DNA from: Paramoeba atlantica
Lineage: Eukaryota > Protista > Discosea
Length of the DNA stretch: 64,000 nucleotides
Direction of reading: 5' to 3'
Assembly (NCBI GenBank): GCA_977017575.1
Contig: CDRNVI010000140.1
Location: 310,001 to 374,000, forward strand
The notes under the pieces were generated by a model. That model made no database searches. It saw nothing but the letters and a program-made list of their open reading frames with translations, and was not told where the DNA came from. This document shows, in pieces, positions 38,640-49,731 of the stretch; the stretch's first letter is position 1; each line of letters starts with the position of its first letter. A program made the position numbers and the translations under genes.

Positions 38640-39621
38640 GCCCAGAAAATTTTCAGAAGTACCGATGAAGAGTGGATCATCCTAAATTCTGAGAGATGGA
38701 CAAAGATCACCCAAGAACCCAAGAAAATGTGGTCTTTCCCAGTCCCAAACAGTGAGCGAGTTCTAACGAAAGGGGACAAAGTGTTACAGTCAGACAAGTC
38801 TATCTTCCCAAGAATGAGAATACCCGAAGGGACACCGACGACAAGAAATGTAATTTCACATAATATTACGAAGTGGACTCAGAGTGGCAAGATTTCGATG
38901 GAGAGAGATGGTTTTGAGAGTATGTTCGTTGAGAAGATGGAGAAGCTGGGAGAAAAGGTGGGGGTCAAGATTTCAGGCTTAACTGAACAACCTCGAAGAA
39001 GGAAATCCCTGGAGAAGGGGATTTGCGTTTGGACAGGAAAAGAGTAAGGCTTACCAGAGGGGACAGCATCTCTCGACCTCAATTTGGGACCAGTTAAGGG
39101 AAATTTAGTTTGAAAAATTTGGAGGAGACAGAACTTGAGGAGAAGGAAGAAGGAGAAAAATTGGCAGAGAGCAGGAGAAGGAAGAGGAAAGCAAAAGAAG
39201 GAAGTAAGGGAGGAAGACCCCAAAAGAGAGCAAGAAAAGAAGGTGGTGTGAAAGCAAGGAAAGACAAGAAAGTGGAGAAAGGGAATAGGCGTATTACGAA
39301 ATGGTTTGGAGGAACAGAGAAAATACAAGACGAAGAGTTCGATGAGAATGACAAAGAAATAACATGATATCTGTGAGTCTTTGGGAGGCTCCTGGTTGAA
39401 ACGCCTGAGGCGTTGTTGTGTAAATATCTTTTTAAATAAATGGCGGAAGCCTTGATGTCAAAAAAAAAGAAGGAAATGAAGATTGCATGATTTCATTTGG
39501 ATCCCTTTCGCCAAGAACAAGAAAAGATCAAAAAAGAGGTGTTTTAAAAAATTTTGTTTCAGCTTTTTAGCTCTGTGTGTTGCCTCGATTGTTCTGTTCT
39601 ATTGAATTCAATTGGAACTAC

Positions 39622-40583
39622 TCAGCCTTTTTGGAAAGCCCAGAGAGCATCTGTTGCCACTTGAACAACAAGAAGAAGGATCGTTCCCAACAATAGACCT
39701 GACACAAAATCGAAGATTAAAGAAAAGAAAAATGAATGATTGGTTGGTCCTCTCAAGAAAAAAAAACCTGGTGTTCCAAGAACCCAAAATATCAATGGGA
39801 CAGCAAGAAACATCAGCCTCAATCCAACAGCAAAAGAAAGACTCAAAAAAGTCATCATTCGTAGCGCTGATTCTCCCAAAGTATGATCATCAACATGAAG
39901 AAATGACACCTCCTGTCATAATATTTTGATCGATCACTCTGTTGATTAAAAGACATTTTTCCCCCTCAAGATTTTCTCCCTCTTTCAAAACTATATCTTT
40001 CTTTTTAAATACCTGAATTTCTCTGTCTTGATGAGAGGAAGGAGCAGGAGGGACAGCCATTAAACAAGAGAGATGTCCGGCCCATCTCGCACAGAACAAA
40101 AAGGCCATGAAGGCAAAAAAAAAGTTCATTCCCAAGATGAAAACTTTGGTTCCCCGAAAAGAGAGAGAAGTTCCATCTTCCATCAAGAGAAAGTTTGTTA
40201 AAGCACCTGTGGACACTAACAGAGCACTAATTGTTTTTTTGTTGGGTTTGAATCAAAAGTTTGAGTTTCAGAAAAAGAAAGAATAAAAAAAACCTGGTGG
40301 CGAAAAATGAAGAGGAAAAGATCAGATTTCGAAGAGTTTGAACCGCTAAAATTTCATTCCTTCTTGTATCCAAAAAGTGTTGGATGAACCTGGAAGGAAG
40401 ACCAATTCAGAAAAAATTGTCATTTTAGTGATGGGGAGAGCAGTTGAATTGATTACCTTCGTTGTTGGGCAATGTTGTTTCCAAGAGAAGTTTTTCGTGG
40501 TTGAGTGACTGTCAAAAAAGCAAAAAAGGAATAATAGACGAGAATCAACGTAAAACAGAAAATCATCTCCACCCATTCTCCTA
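39622..40583 (-). CDS. DUF599 family membrane protein
   Basis: Spliced EILAVQTLRNLIFSSSFFAT, NFFFAFMAFLFCARWAGHL and FAVGLRLMFLAVPLIFWVLG match DUF599 motifs. Confidence 0.82.
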
Positions 40584-40987
40584 AAGTCGGCATTTTCTGG
40601 ATCTTTCTGTTCCAACAAAACAAAACAAAACAAAAAAAAGGAACAAAACTCAATTTTTGGTCTTTTTCGGTCTCAAAATTTCTTGAGAGAGGTTCAGGTT
40701 CGAGTCGGAGAAAAATCCACTTTTTTTTAAATCGATTTTTAGGTCTCTAAATTTAGCATTTTCTTAAAAACTTTTTTTTCGTTTCTTTTTTTGTTCAGAT
40801 AATCCTCCTCCCTCTTTCTACCTTTTTTCTTTTCTGTTCTTTGTTCTTTCTTTTTGGACAAAGTTCTTGAGAAATTCTGAGCGTAACCTTTTTTTGTATC
40901 GATTGAAGTCTTTTTTTCTGAATCTCTAATACCTCCCGCAACCGTTCATCCCGGAGAGGAGAATCTGGGAATCGGAAAAGAAAGGAG

Positions 40988-43700
40988 ATGGCGTTGTCAG
41001 GAACAGAAGATCCTTTCCATTGGGATGAAGAAGATAACCAGTCTCTTACAAAGTCTGGCAACATCTTAAAAGAAGAACACATTGGTCTCTGGGCAGACGC
41101 CAACAAACTCAAAATTTCTCTGGAAAACCTCTTTTTGGAGATGAAAGAGGTGATTGATCTCGGATTGAAGAACATGGAGAAGTTTCCAATGTTTCCTTGC
41201 TTTTCTGTCATCTCTGAAATGGGAGAACATTTGAACCTTCCTTGGAAGACAATCTCCACTGCCTTTCATATTTTGTGGCGACATGCGCAAACGAAAATTG
41301 CAGAAGAACAAAAAAGGTCAGGAAATGTTCCTGAACCTGGGACAATTACATCAACAGAAGCTTTCAATGGTCTCTTTGCTTCTCTCTCTCCAAGAAGAAT
41401 CCATATCCTCTCTTATGGTTGTCTCATTCTCGCTTCCAAATCAGAAGAGACTCTTTTCTCGCTCCGGGTTCTTGAAGAACATCACCATGCGTACATGGTT
41501 CTGAGAGGAGAGAAAGCGGTCACTGAAGCGGAGCAAAAGAGGTGGAAGATGAAAGATATTGATCGTTCTTTTGATCCACAATGGTTGGCCGTTTCGGTTC
41601 GAGATCAAGAAGTTAACTTGTTGGTTGAGTTGGGGTTTAATCTCACGATTCGACATCTTGGGTATTTTCGTCTTCTTCGGTTGATGAATGCTTTACAACT
41701 TCCGAAAAAGACCCAAGTTCTTGCTCTTTCTTTAGCGAATTTTTCTCTTTTAACTCCAACTGTCTTGATTCATCGGCCTAAATTGTTTGCGATTACAATG
41801 GTATTTTTAGCGACACAAATTCATTGTCAAACAATTGCCATTCCTCCAACCCTTATTCCTGCTTCTGGAGCTCCAAGTTATTGGTTTGTTTTTTTATTTT
41901 TTATCTTTTATCTTATCTTATCTCTTTTTCTTTTTCCTCCTTTTTTCTCTCTTTCTTTCTTTTTTTGACCTCCTTTCTTTTTTTCACCAGGTGGTCCCTC
42001 TTCAATGCGTCAACCAATGACATCAAAACCTTGGCCACTCCGATCCTCACACTTATCGAGGAATTAGATCTCGCTGAATCTCTTTTTCAAGGTACATCAG
42101 AATTCCTTTGGCCACCGAACGAAAACGAACTCTCACAAATGAGATCAGTATCTCTTGGCGGATCGATTGAATCTGGTCCAATGGGATTTTGTCCAACTCA
42201 ATCTTTGAATGATACTGGAGAACCGGTTGGAGAGCACCCTCTTTCTCATTGTGTGAGTTTGGATAATTATATTAAGGAAAAAAAGATTAGCGAGGGGACT
42301 TATGGGACTGTGTATGTTGGGAGAGATAAAGTCACCAAGGAAGTGGTGGCCATTAAGAAGATGAAGAGGACAATGTCTCGTTCTGGGTTTCCTTACTATA
42401 TGTTACGTGAAATTTTGTTTCTCTTCCGTCTTAATCACCAAAATATTGTCTCTGGAAAAGCGATGGCCATCGAGGAACGAGACCAAGAGATTACTTTCTA
42501 TATTGTGATGGAGTTTATCCCGACAGATATGCTCTCTCTTGTAAAACACCAAGCTTCCATTCCTCGCGACCAACGTATTCGTCTTTCTCAAGTCAAAAAT
42601 GTTATGTCCCAACTCCTTGCAGGATTGGCACATATGCACGAACAAGGGCTCATGCATCGAGATTTAAAGCTTGCAAACCTTCTTTTAACAAGAGAGGGAA
42701 TTCTTAAAGTGGCAGATTTGGGTTCTGTTCGAGATATTGGTCGTACAGCCCTTAAATTGACCACTCAGATTGTGACGTTATGGTATCGCGCTCCCGAACT
42801 CTTGATGGGAGGAACTGATTATTCTCACTCAATTGATTTGTGGTCTGTGGGATGTCTGTTTGTCGAAATGTTAACTTTGAAGCCAATGTTTCCTGGAAAC
42901 TCCGAGTTGGAGACAATGCAAAGGATCTTTCGTGTTTTGGGAACTCCACCTGCTGAACAATGGAAAAAACTTTTCTCTTTTCTTCCTCTTGCTCCCAAAC
43001 TCAAAGACCAGCTGCATCGCTACCCCACAAAATCGACACTGAAAGACACCCTCTCTTTTCTTTCCCCCGCAGGACAACATTTCTTGTCTTCTGTTTTGGC
43101 TTTTGATCCCGCTGATCGTCTTACTGCGACAGAGGCGCTGAATCACCCTTTTTGGAGAGAAAAACCTTATGCTCAACCTATTAATTTGGAGAAAATTGGA
43201 ATGGTCACTTTTTTTGATGAGAGAAATCTTGAAGTTGAAAGTGAGTTGATGGACACTGATGGTTTCTTTTTTTATTTTTATATTTTTTGTTGTTTTTTTT
43301 TATATATTTTGTTTGATTTTATTTGTTTATTTTTAACTTTTCATATTCTTTTCATTTTTCTTTCTGTTTGATCTCTTCTGATAATATTGTCCCTTTTACA
43401 GAGACTCCAAACTCCGATTTCGCGAAAAAATATTCCCATTTATTACCAAAATCGACAGATTCAGAAAAGTAAAAAGAGAAGAAAAGACAAAGAAAAAGAA
43501 ATAATTTGAAAAAAAAGCGATTATTAAAAATTCTTAAAAGAGAAGAAGAGAAGAAAGAGTGAAGAAGAGGTTTGGGGGTTGGTGATTCTTTTGATTCAGG
43601 AGAAAAAAAGAAGAAAAAAAAGAAAAAAAGAAAAAAAAGAAAAAGAGAAAGAAAGAGATGAGAGAATTGAAGCAAATCTTTTCACAAAATATTGATGGAA
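40988..43700 (+). CDS. Cyclin (L/K/T-type)-CDK11/10-like kinase fusion protein; 3' end approximate
   Basis: Cyclin box ISEMGEHLNLPWKTISTAF, CLILASKSEET, EVNLLVELGFNLTIRH. Intron 41884-41990 (TG|G = W) continues in frame through YWWSLF... into the kinase: EGTYGTVY, VAIKK, FPYYMLRE, HRDLK, VTLWYRAPE, DLWSVGC. Confidence 0.85.
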
Positions 43701-43951
43701 TAAAACAAAAAATCTTTTTAAAAATCCTTTTAATTTTCATTAAAAAGAAAGAGAAAGAAAGAGAAAGAAATAAAGAGAAAGGGAGAGGAGAAAAGAAAGT
43801 TTATTCTTTTTTCCAATAAAATACACAAACCGAAAAGAGGAATAATCTTACTTTTTTTTCCATTCTCTTCCAATTCTTTTCTCTTTTCTTGCCTCTCTTT
43901 CTTGTCTTTCTTTCTTGTATCTCTCTCTCTCTCTCCACACTCTCTTTCCCT

Positions 43952-46679
43952 TCATTCATCTTCCCAATCATCTTCATCCTCATCATCACTATCAGTCATC
44001 TCAATCGCCTCCCTCCTCGCCAAAATCATCGCAATATTAAACCCCATCCCACCCTCTCTCTCTCTCTTCTCTCTCTCACCCCCCTCCACCTTTTTAAGTT
44101 CAGCACCTTGTTGAATACTAGCCATAAGAGCACCTCTCCCTCCTCCACCTCCTCCTCCAGAAGAGAGAGGCCCTCTCTTTCCTCCTCCTCCTCCTCCACT
44201 CATCCCTCCTCTCATCATACCACCCCCTTGTAATTTAGCTTCTCTTCTCGCGTCTCCTGTCTCACTCTCATCCACTTTGCTCAAAGCTGCTCCTTTTCTT
44301 ATACTAGCTAAGAGATCTCCTCGGTCGTTTTCTTTTGGTTTGGATTTCCCTTTTTCTTTCTTTTTTGTTGTTGTTGTTGTTGTTGGAGGGGGTGGTGGCG
44401 GTGGTGCAGAAGAAGGTGGTGGCGGTGGTGGTGGTGCTGAAGAATTTGTGCGATTCTCTCCTTTTTCTTGTTCTTTTTCTTTTTCTTTTTTTGGCTTTTT
44501 TTCCTCTTTTTTCTTCTTTTTTTCTTCCTTTCTTCTCTCTTCTTCTTCTCTTTTTCTTTCTAACTCTTCTTCCCTTCTTTTCTTTTCTTCTTCTCTTTTC
44601 CTCTCTTTCTCTTTTTTCTCTTCTCCCTTTTTTCGATCTTTTCCTTCCTCTTTCTTTTTTTTCTCATTCTCAATTTTCTTTTCTTCTTCTTCAAGCTTTT
44701 TCCTCTTTTCCTCTTCTTTTTTCCTCAATTTCTCTTCTTTTTTCCTCTTTTTTTCTAATGCTGCACGTTCTTTTTTTGATAACTTTGATTCATCTTCCTT
44801 CTTTCCTTCTTCTTTTTCTTTTGGTTGATCTTTTTTCTCTCTCTTTTCCTTGATCTTTGAACCAGTCGAAGGAGCTGAAATCTAAAAGAAAAGATTCCTT
44901 TTTAATCACAAAACAAAAAAACCAACCAAAAATATTATTTTTTCAAACAAAAAAAAAACAATCTTCGAAAAATAGAAATAAAACCTCTGTCTCAGAAACA
45001 AAAGAAGAAGACTCTCCTTCAACATCAGTTCGAGGGGGAAGAGAAGGAGGAGGACCTCGCGGAGTGATAGAAAGATCAGAATCATCTTTTTCGTTAAAAT
45101 CTCGTCGAGAAGGAAGAGGGGGAGGAGGACCTCCAGGGGAGATTCCTTCTTCATCTACATCTCGTCGAGGAATTGTCGGAAGAGATGGTCTTCTTTCTTC
45201 TTGATTATCTCGGCGAGGTGGAAGAGAGGGAGGGGGACTTCGAGCTTGATCTCTGTCAAGTTCTTGTCGAGGGGGAAGAGAGGGAGGAGGAAAGGAAGTT
45301 TCTTCGATGTCTCGTCGTGGAAGAAGTGAGGGAGGAGGAAAGGAAGCATCTTGCCGAGGAGGAGGAAGAGAAGGAGGAGCTTGATCTTTATCCAGGTCTC
45401 GTCGAGAAGGAAGAGAGGGAGGAGGAGAGGAAGGATCCCGCCGAGGAGGAAGAGAAGGAGGGGGAGAGGAAACGTCTCGTCGTGGAGGGAGAGAAGATTT
45501 AGAATCACCTTTGTCTTGTTTTGGAAGAGGAGGGAGAGGGGCTCGCGGAGAGAGATTTGATAGAGAAGAAGGAGTAGAGGAGGGAGGAGTCGGGGAGAGA
45601 GGAGTCGGGGAAAGAGGGGTAGGAGAGAGAGGGGTTGCTGAAGTGGAAGGAGAGGAAGATTGGATGGCGACGAATTGGGGATAAGCTTTGATCTTTGCAA
45701 CTGGCTGTTTTTTCTGTGCTCTGCTTTGCGTCCTTTTCAATCTTTCTCTTTTTCTCTCTTGCTTAATTCTATTTATTCGTTGTTTGAGAAAAAGGACCAC
45801 AGAAAATAAAGCAGAGAAACATAAGAAAAGAAGAAAAAAGGAAATGGAAAGAAAAAAAGAGAAAGAAAAACCTTTTGGCCTCTTCATAATCTTTTTGCAT
45901 CTCTTTCATCCAAGTTTGAATAAAAAAGTCAGGATGAGTATATCGTTCCAAACATTTTTCTCCTTCTGGTAAAAAGGGGTCCAAAAGCTGCGAAAGAAAG
46001 GTTAAGAAAGACAATAAAAAGATGATTGGGAGTTTGGCAATTTGAAGAATGAAAAAAGAAAAGAAAATCACCTCGAGTCGAGGAGGAGGAAGTGCAACCC
46101 CATAAACATCTTTTGTTGCAGGATCTCTGGTTCCCCTTGTCAAAAATTGATATTCTGTGATTCATTTTCCGTAAATAGAGAGAAAGAAAAGAGAGAAAAG
46201 AAAAATGATTATAACCCTCCTTTGGTTCCAAGTTGAAAATAAGCCGGCTGTTCAAACATAAAGCAGCTGAACTTGTTTTCAAAAGGTGGTTCTCGAGTTT
46301 TGGCAAATCTTTGTGAACATTTTCAACTCTTTTTTGGAGAGAAGTTAATCGATCCCCTGTTCTTGATGTTGTTGTCATTAAATCATTAAAGATCTGCAAT
46401 TTAGTAAGCTCAATATTTTGGTTTTAGAAAATAACATGAGAAAGAAAACAGAACTTCATGAGTGTAAAGAAGAAGATTGGTCAACTGTTCCAAAACTCCA
46501 ACATAAGTTGAATCAAACACTCGACCCCCTTCCCTTTACAAAAAAAACTCAAGCATGAGACAACAAAGAAAAAAAAGCCAAAACAATCTTCATACAACAA
46601 AAAAAAAACGAAACTGAGGTTCTTGTTTTGGAGCAAAGAGGACAGTCGCATGTTCGACCTTCCTCTTTGTGTATCCCAT
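43952..46679 (-). CDS. SCAR/WAVE family Arp2/3 activator, paralog B (two WH2 motifs)
   Basis: WHD: TYVGVLEQLTNLLLYTHE|IFNDLMTTTSRTGDRLTSLQKRV and YTHPDFFIQTWMKEMQK. PSLPPRR repeats. WH2 motifs RGDLLASIRKGAALSKV and RGALMASIQQGAELKKV. C and A regions end DDEDEDDWEDE*. Confidence 0.9.
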
Positions 46680-47033
46680 TGGTCTCTTATTTTTGCCAAA
46701 AACAAATCTTTTTCCAACAATAGATTATATGACTGGAAGCAATCAAAAGAAACCAAACAACAACAACAACCGTTCGCCTCAAACCAAAAACCAAAGCCCT
46801 CTTTATTTGGGCAAACAAAGTTGGTCTCTCTTTCTTTCTTTCTTTCTCGTTGGTGTTGTTTTCACGAAGTGGAAAAGTGACAAAAAAAAGGGGGGGTGTT
46901 GGGGTTCGGTGCGACAGTTTTTTGTCAAGTTGACAGTCACAGCTATTTTTGTGGCTTTGATTTTCTTTCAGGTTGTCGAAGGGAGAAGGGTTGGTTGGTG
47001 TGAGTGCTGCAGAGTGATTAGTTTTTTTTCTTT

Positions 47034-48601
47034 ATGGGTGGTTGGTCTTTTTTGTTCTATTTGTTTGTTTTTTTCGTTGGACTCTTGGGGAAATGTGAAG
47101 GGAGGGAAAAACAACTCAATTTTACTCAATTCCTTTTGGTTGATGACAAGATTCGAGGGAAAGAGTATGTCCATTTGATCGCCTTGGGGACTGAAGCTCT
47201 CTCAACAGATGGGTGGTGTGTTGTTGAGTCTCTTTTGCGAACGACTGATGGAACCCTTTCTGATATGAAAATCGTTCTTTGGGTTGACCAATATCCAACT
47301 TCTTTATCTCTTTATAATCAACTTTCTCACATTGGGACAGGAAAGATCCAATTCTCTCTTTTCAACTTTTCTTTATTGTTTGAAAACACTCCATTGGCAG
47401 AAGTAATCGATCCTGTTCTCCTCAATGATGATCAGCATCAAGATTATGCTTGGATGGTGAACAAGTTTGGGATGTTTTGGAAGCAGAACTTTTGTCTTGC
47501 AGCTCGTTTGAGTATTCTTTATCGATACGGAGGTTTCTATCTTGATCTCGATCATCTTGTACTTGACGACGTGAGAAACTTGCCGATTGGGGTTGGAATC
47601 AATGGACATACAGTAGGCTCAACTGCAATGCATTTTTCAGTTCCTAAACATCCATTTCTACTGTGGTTGATGAGAGTTTTTGTCAGAGAATTCAAAGGAG
47701 GAAAGTGGACCCAGAATTCTCCCAAGTTAGCAGAAATCACTTTAAAGAAGTGTAGAGACCGAACGATCGTTTCTACTATTGCCTCAAGAAAGAAAAAATT
47801 AAAAAAAGATGTACTTCGAGATTATATTGAATCATGCGGGTTGGTGTTATTTAAAGGCGGTCCCCTCCCAAAACAGGTTTCTTTTTTTTTAGTCTTTCTC
47901 TATTTGCTCTTTTCCTTCTTTCGAATAATAATTTTGTCGTTTTTTAATTTCAGATCCTCGACAATTTCTTCTTTGCTGAGAAGTTTAGTCATGCTATGTC
48001 GACTATGGATGATAAAAAGCTTCTCCATTACGCAGCTCGCCACACTTCTCGCCGTGAACAAGGGAGTCTCAATAAGATGAAATTAAAAATCGCTGAACAG
48101 AAAGAAGAACCTGCTGCAATTCTCCCCCTTTATGCCCGAATTGCGATGGGTTCCCTTCGTTTGAAATATTGCCCCTGCGTTGTCCTTGAGATGTTGGAAA
48201 TTCCAGTGGGAGGAGTCAGTGTTTTTCCTGAATTAAATATCAGTGATATTTCCTTTTGTGCAATGACAGAACGAGTGAAAGTCGAGCCCTTCACCGACCC
48301 TGGCGTAACTTTAACAGCGCTCCCTACTTCTACAACTGAAAGAAAAACTAAAATAGCCCCTCTTCCCCTTGTCGTAGAAGATGAAGAAATTGAGGCTGAA
48401 GAAGAAGAGGCCCTTGATGAAGAATTGCTGAAAACTGAGGAAGAATTAATACAAGAATATGCTTCTTCTCAGAAAGAGAAGCAGGAAGAAATAGACAGCC
48501 AGAAAAGGAAGGAACAGGCTGCTTCGGAAGCACTCTCCTCTCTAGCTAAGACAAACCAACAACTCCTACAACAACTCCAAGATCTCCAGCAACAACAGCA
48601 A

Positions 48602-48633
<32 letters not shown>

Positions 48634-48784
48634 ACAGCAACAACGAACAACTACTCTGTTTGATTTTGGATTGAATGATCGGGAATTCTTTTTTATCGGT
48701 GCTTTCTTCCTCTTTTTCGTTTTTACGATCATCGTGGTGATGGGTTTGACAAAGAAAATGGGTAGAACCGAAAAAGGTTCATGA
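47034..48784 (+). CDS. Glycosyltransferase family 32 (alpha-1,4-Gal/GlcNAc transferase-like, DXD)
   Basis: AARLSILYRYGGFYLDLD and HPFLLWLMRVF...WTQNSPKL. N-terminal hydrophobic segment. One intron at ~47877-47954. Poly-Q tract and a C-terminal TM helix. Confidence 0.82.
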
Positions 48785-48900
48785 TTTTGCACCACCAGGA
48801 CTCAAACATATATTTTATGGGGGTTTTTGGCGAAGGAGCCACATCAACTTTCTTTTGGATCGTTGAGAAAAGAAACCAAAAGAAAGACCAAAAAAAAAAG

Positions 48901-49504
48901 TCAAAATTTTTCAAAACTCTCTCTCTCTCTCAACAAACTCATGAGGGAAAAACTTCTTGATCTTGTTTTTGAAACAGATCACCATAATAATGGACCAAAT
49001 TCATAATCCCTCCAATAATCAATGGCATTTTGATTCGATTCATTCCCTTTGCAGCATGTTTGATGCCATTGAGGAGAATCTGTGTGTCGTTTCCTTTTGT
49101 TTTGAGGATCAACCGGAATGAGTCAGAGGCGGAATAGAGTTGGTATGCGATGTATCCGTGGACAATTGGTGCCTTTTAAAAAAGGAGGAGGGAAATTAGG
49201 GAGAAAGAAAGTATTAAGAGAAAATAGGTTTTGAAAAATAACCTTGAAAGTTCGAAAGATTTTCCAGAAAAAGAAAAAAGAGAGTGTAATTTCTTCAGCA
49301 TGAATGATTTCCTTCATTTATCAAATAAGAGAGTGAGATAAATTCGCTTGAAATAGTCGATAAAAAAAAGTTACTGACCTCAAAAGTGACATACATCCCA
49401 ATTGTATAAACAAGGGCATTAAAAAGATAAGCATAAGCCAGAAGTCGAAAGACTTTTGCTGCTAATTCAAAGACAGCTTTCCCATTTTTCCCAAAGTCTC
49501 CCAT
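48901..49504 (-). CDS. Small hypothetical membrane protein, 3 exons
   Basis: Phase-0 exons MGDFGKNG...YVTFE | EIIHAEEITLSFFFFWKIFRTFK | APIVHGYIAYQLYSASDSFRLILKTKGNDTQILLNGIK..., with GT-AG borders. Confidence 0.6.
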
Positions 49505-49731
49505 TTTTTTGGAACTCAAAACGGTTTTGACAAAACACAAGAAGAAAAACTTTGACAGGTTTTTCAAAGGCGAGAAAATGATTTTTCTGTTATTTTGAAT
49601 GCCAAAAAACCTTTGGCCTTTTGGTTTCCAAGTTTGTTCACAAACGGTTTTGAACGTTCTCAGAGAACGGAAAGAAAAGAAAGAAAAAGAAAGAAAAAGA
49701 AAGAAAAAGTGAAAAAAAAAGAGAGAAGGTG

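Larger units (their letters stand above)
36744..39477 (+). mobile_element. Degenerate, internally deleted L1-like non-LTR retroposon with 14-bp TSD and poly(A) end
   Basis: AAAAAGAAGGAAAT at 36744-36757 and again at 39464-39477. AATAAA at 39435-39440 and an A-run from 39460. Intronless and free of microsatellites, unlike the flanks. Contains ORF1, a C-x2-C...H-x4-C finger and RNase H. Confidence 0.82.

Noticed and set aside
36758-39463. Interpretation as an LTR/DIRS element or a host RNase H1 gene
   Set aside because: No LTRs, inverted repeats, integrase or tyrosine recombinase. Poly(A) + TSD and the ORF1-finger-RNase H order fit an L1-like element. The lack of introns and the lesions argue against a host gene.
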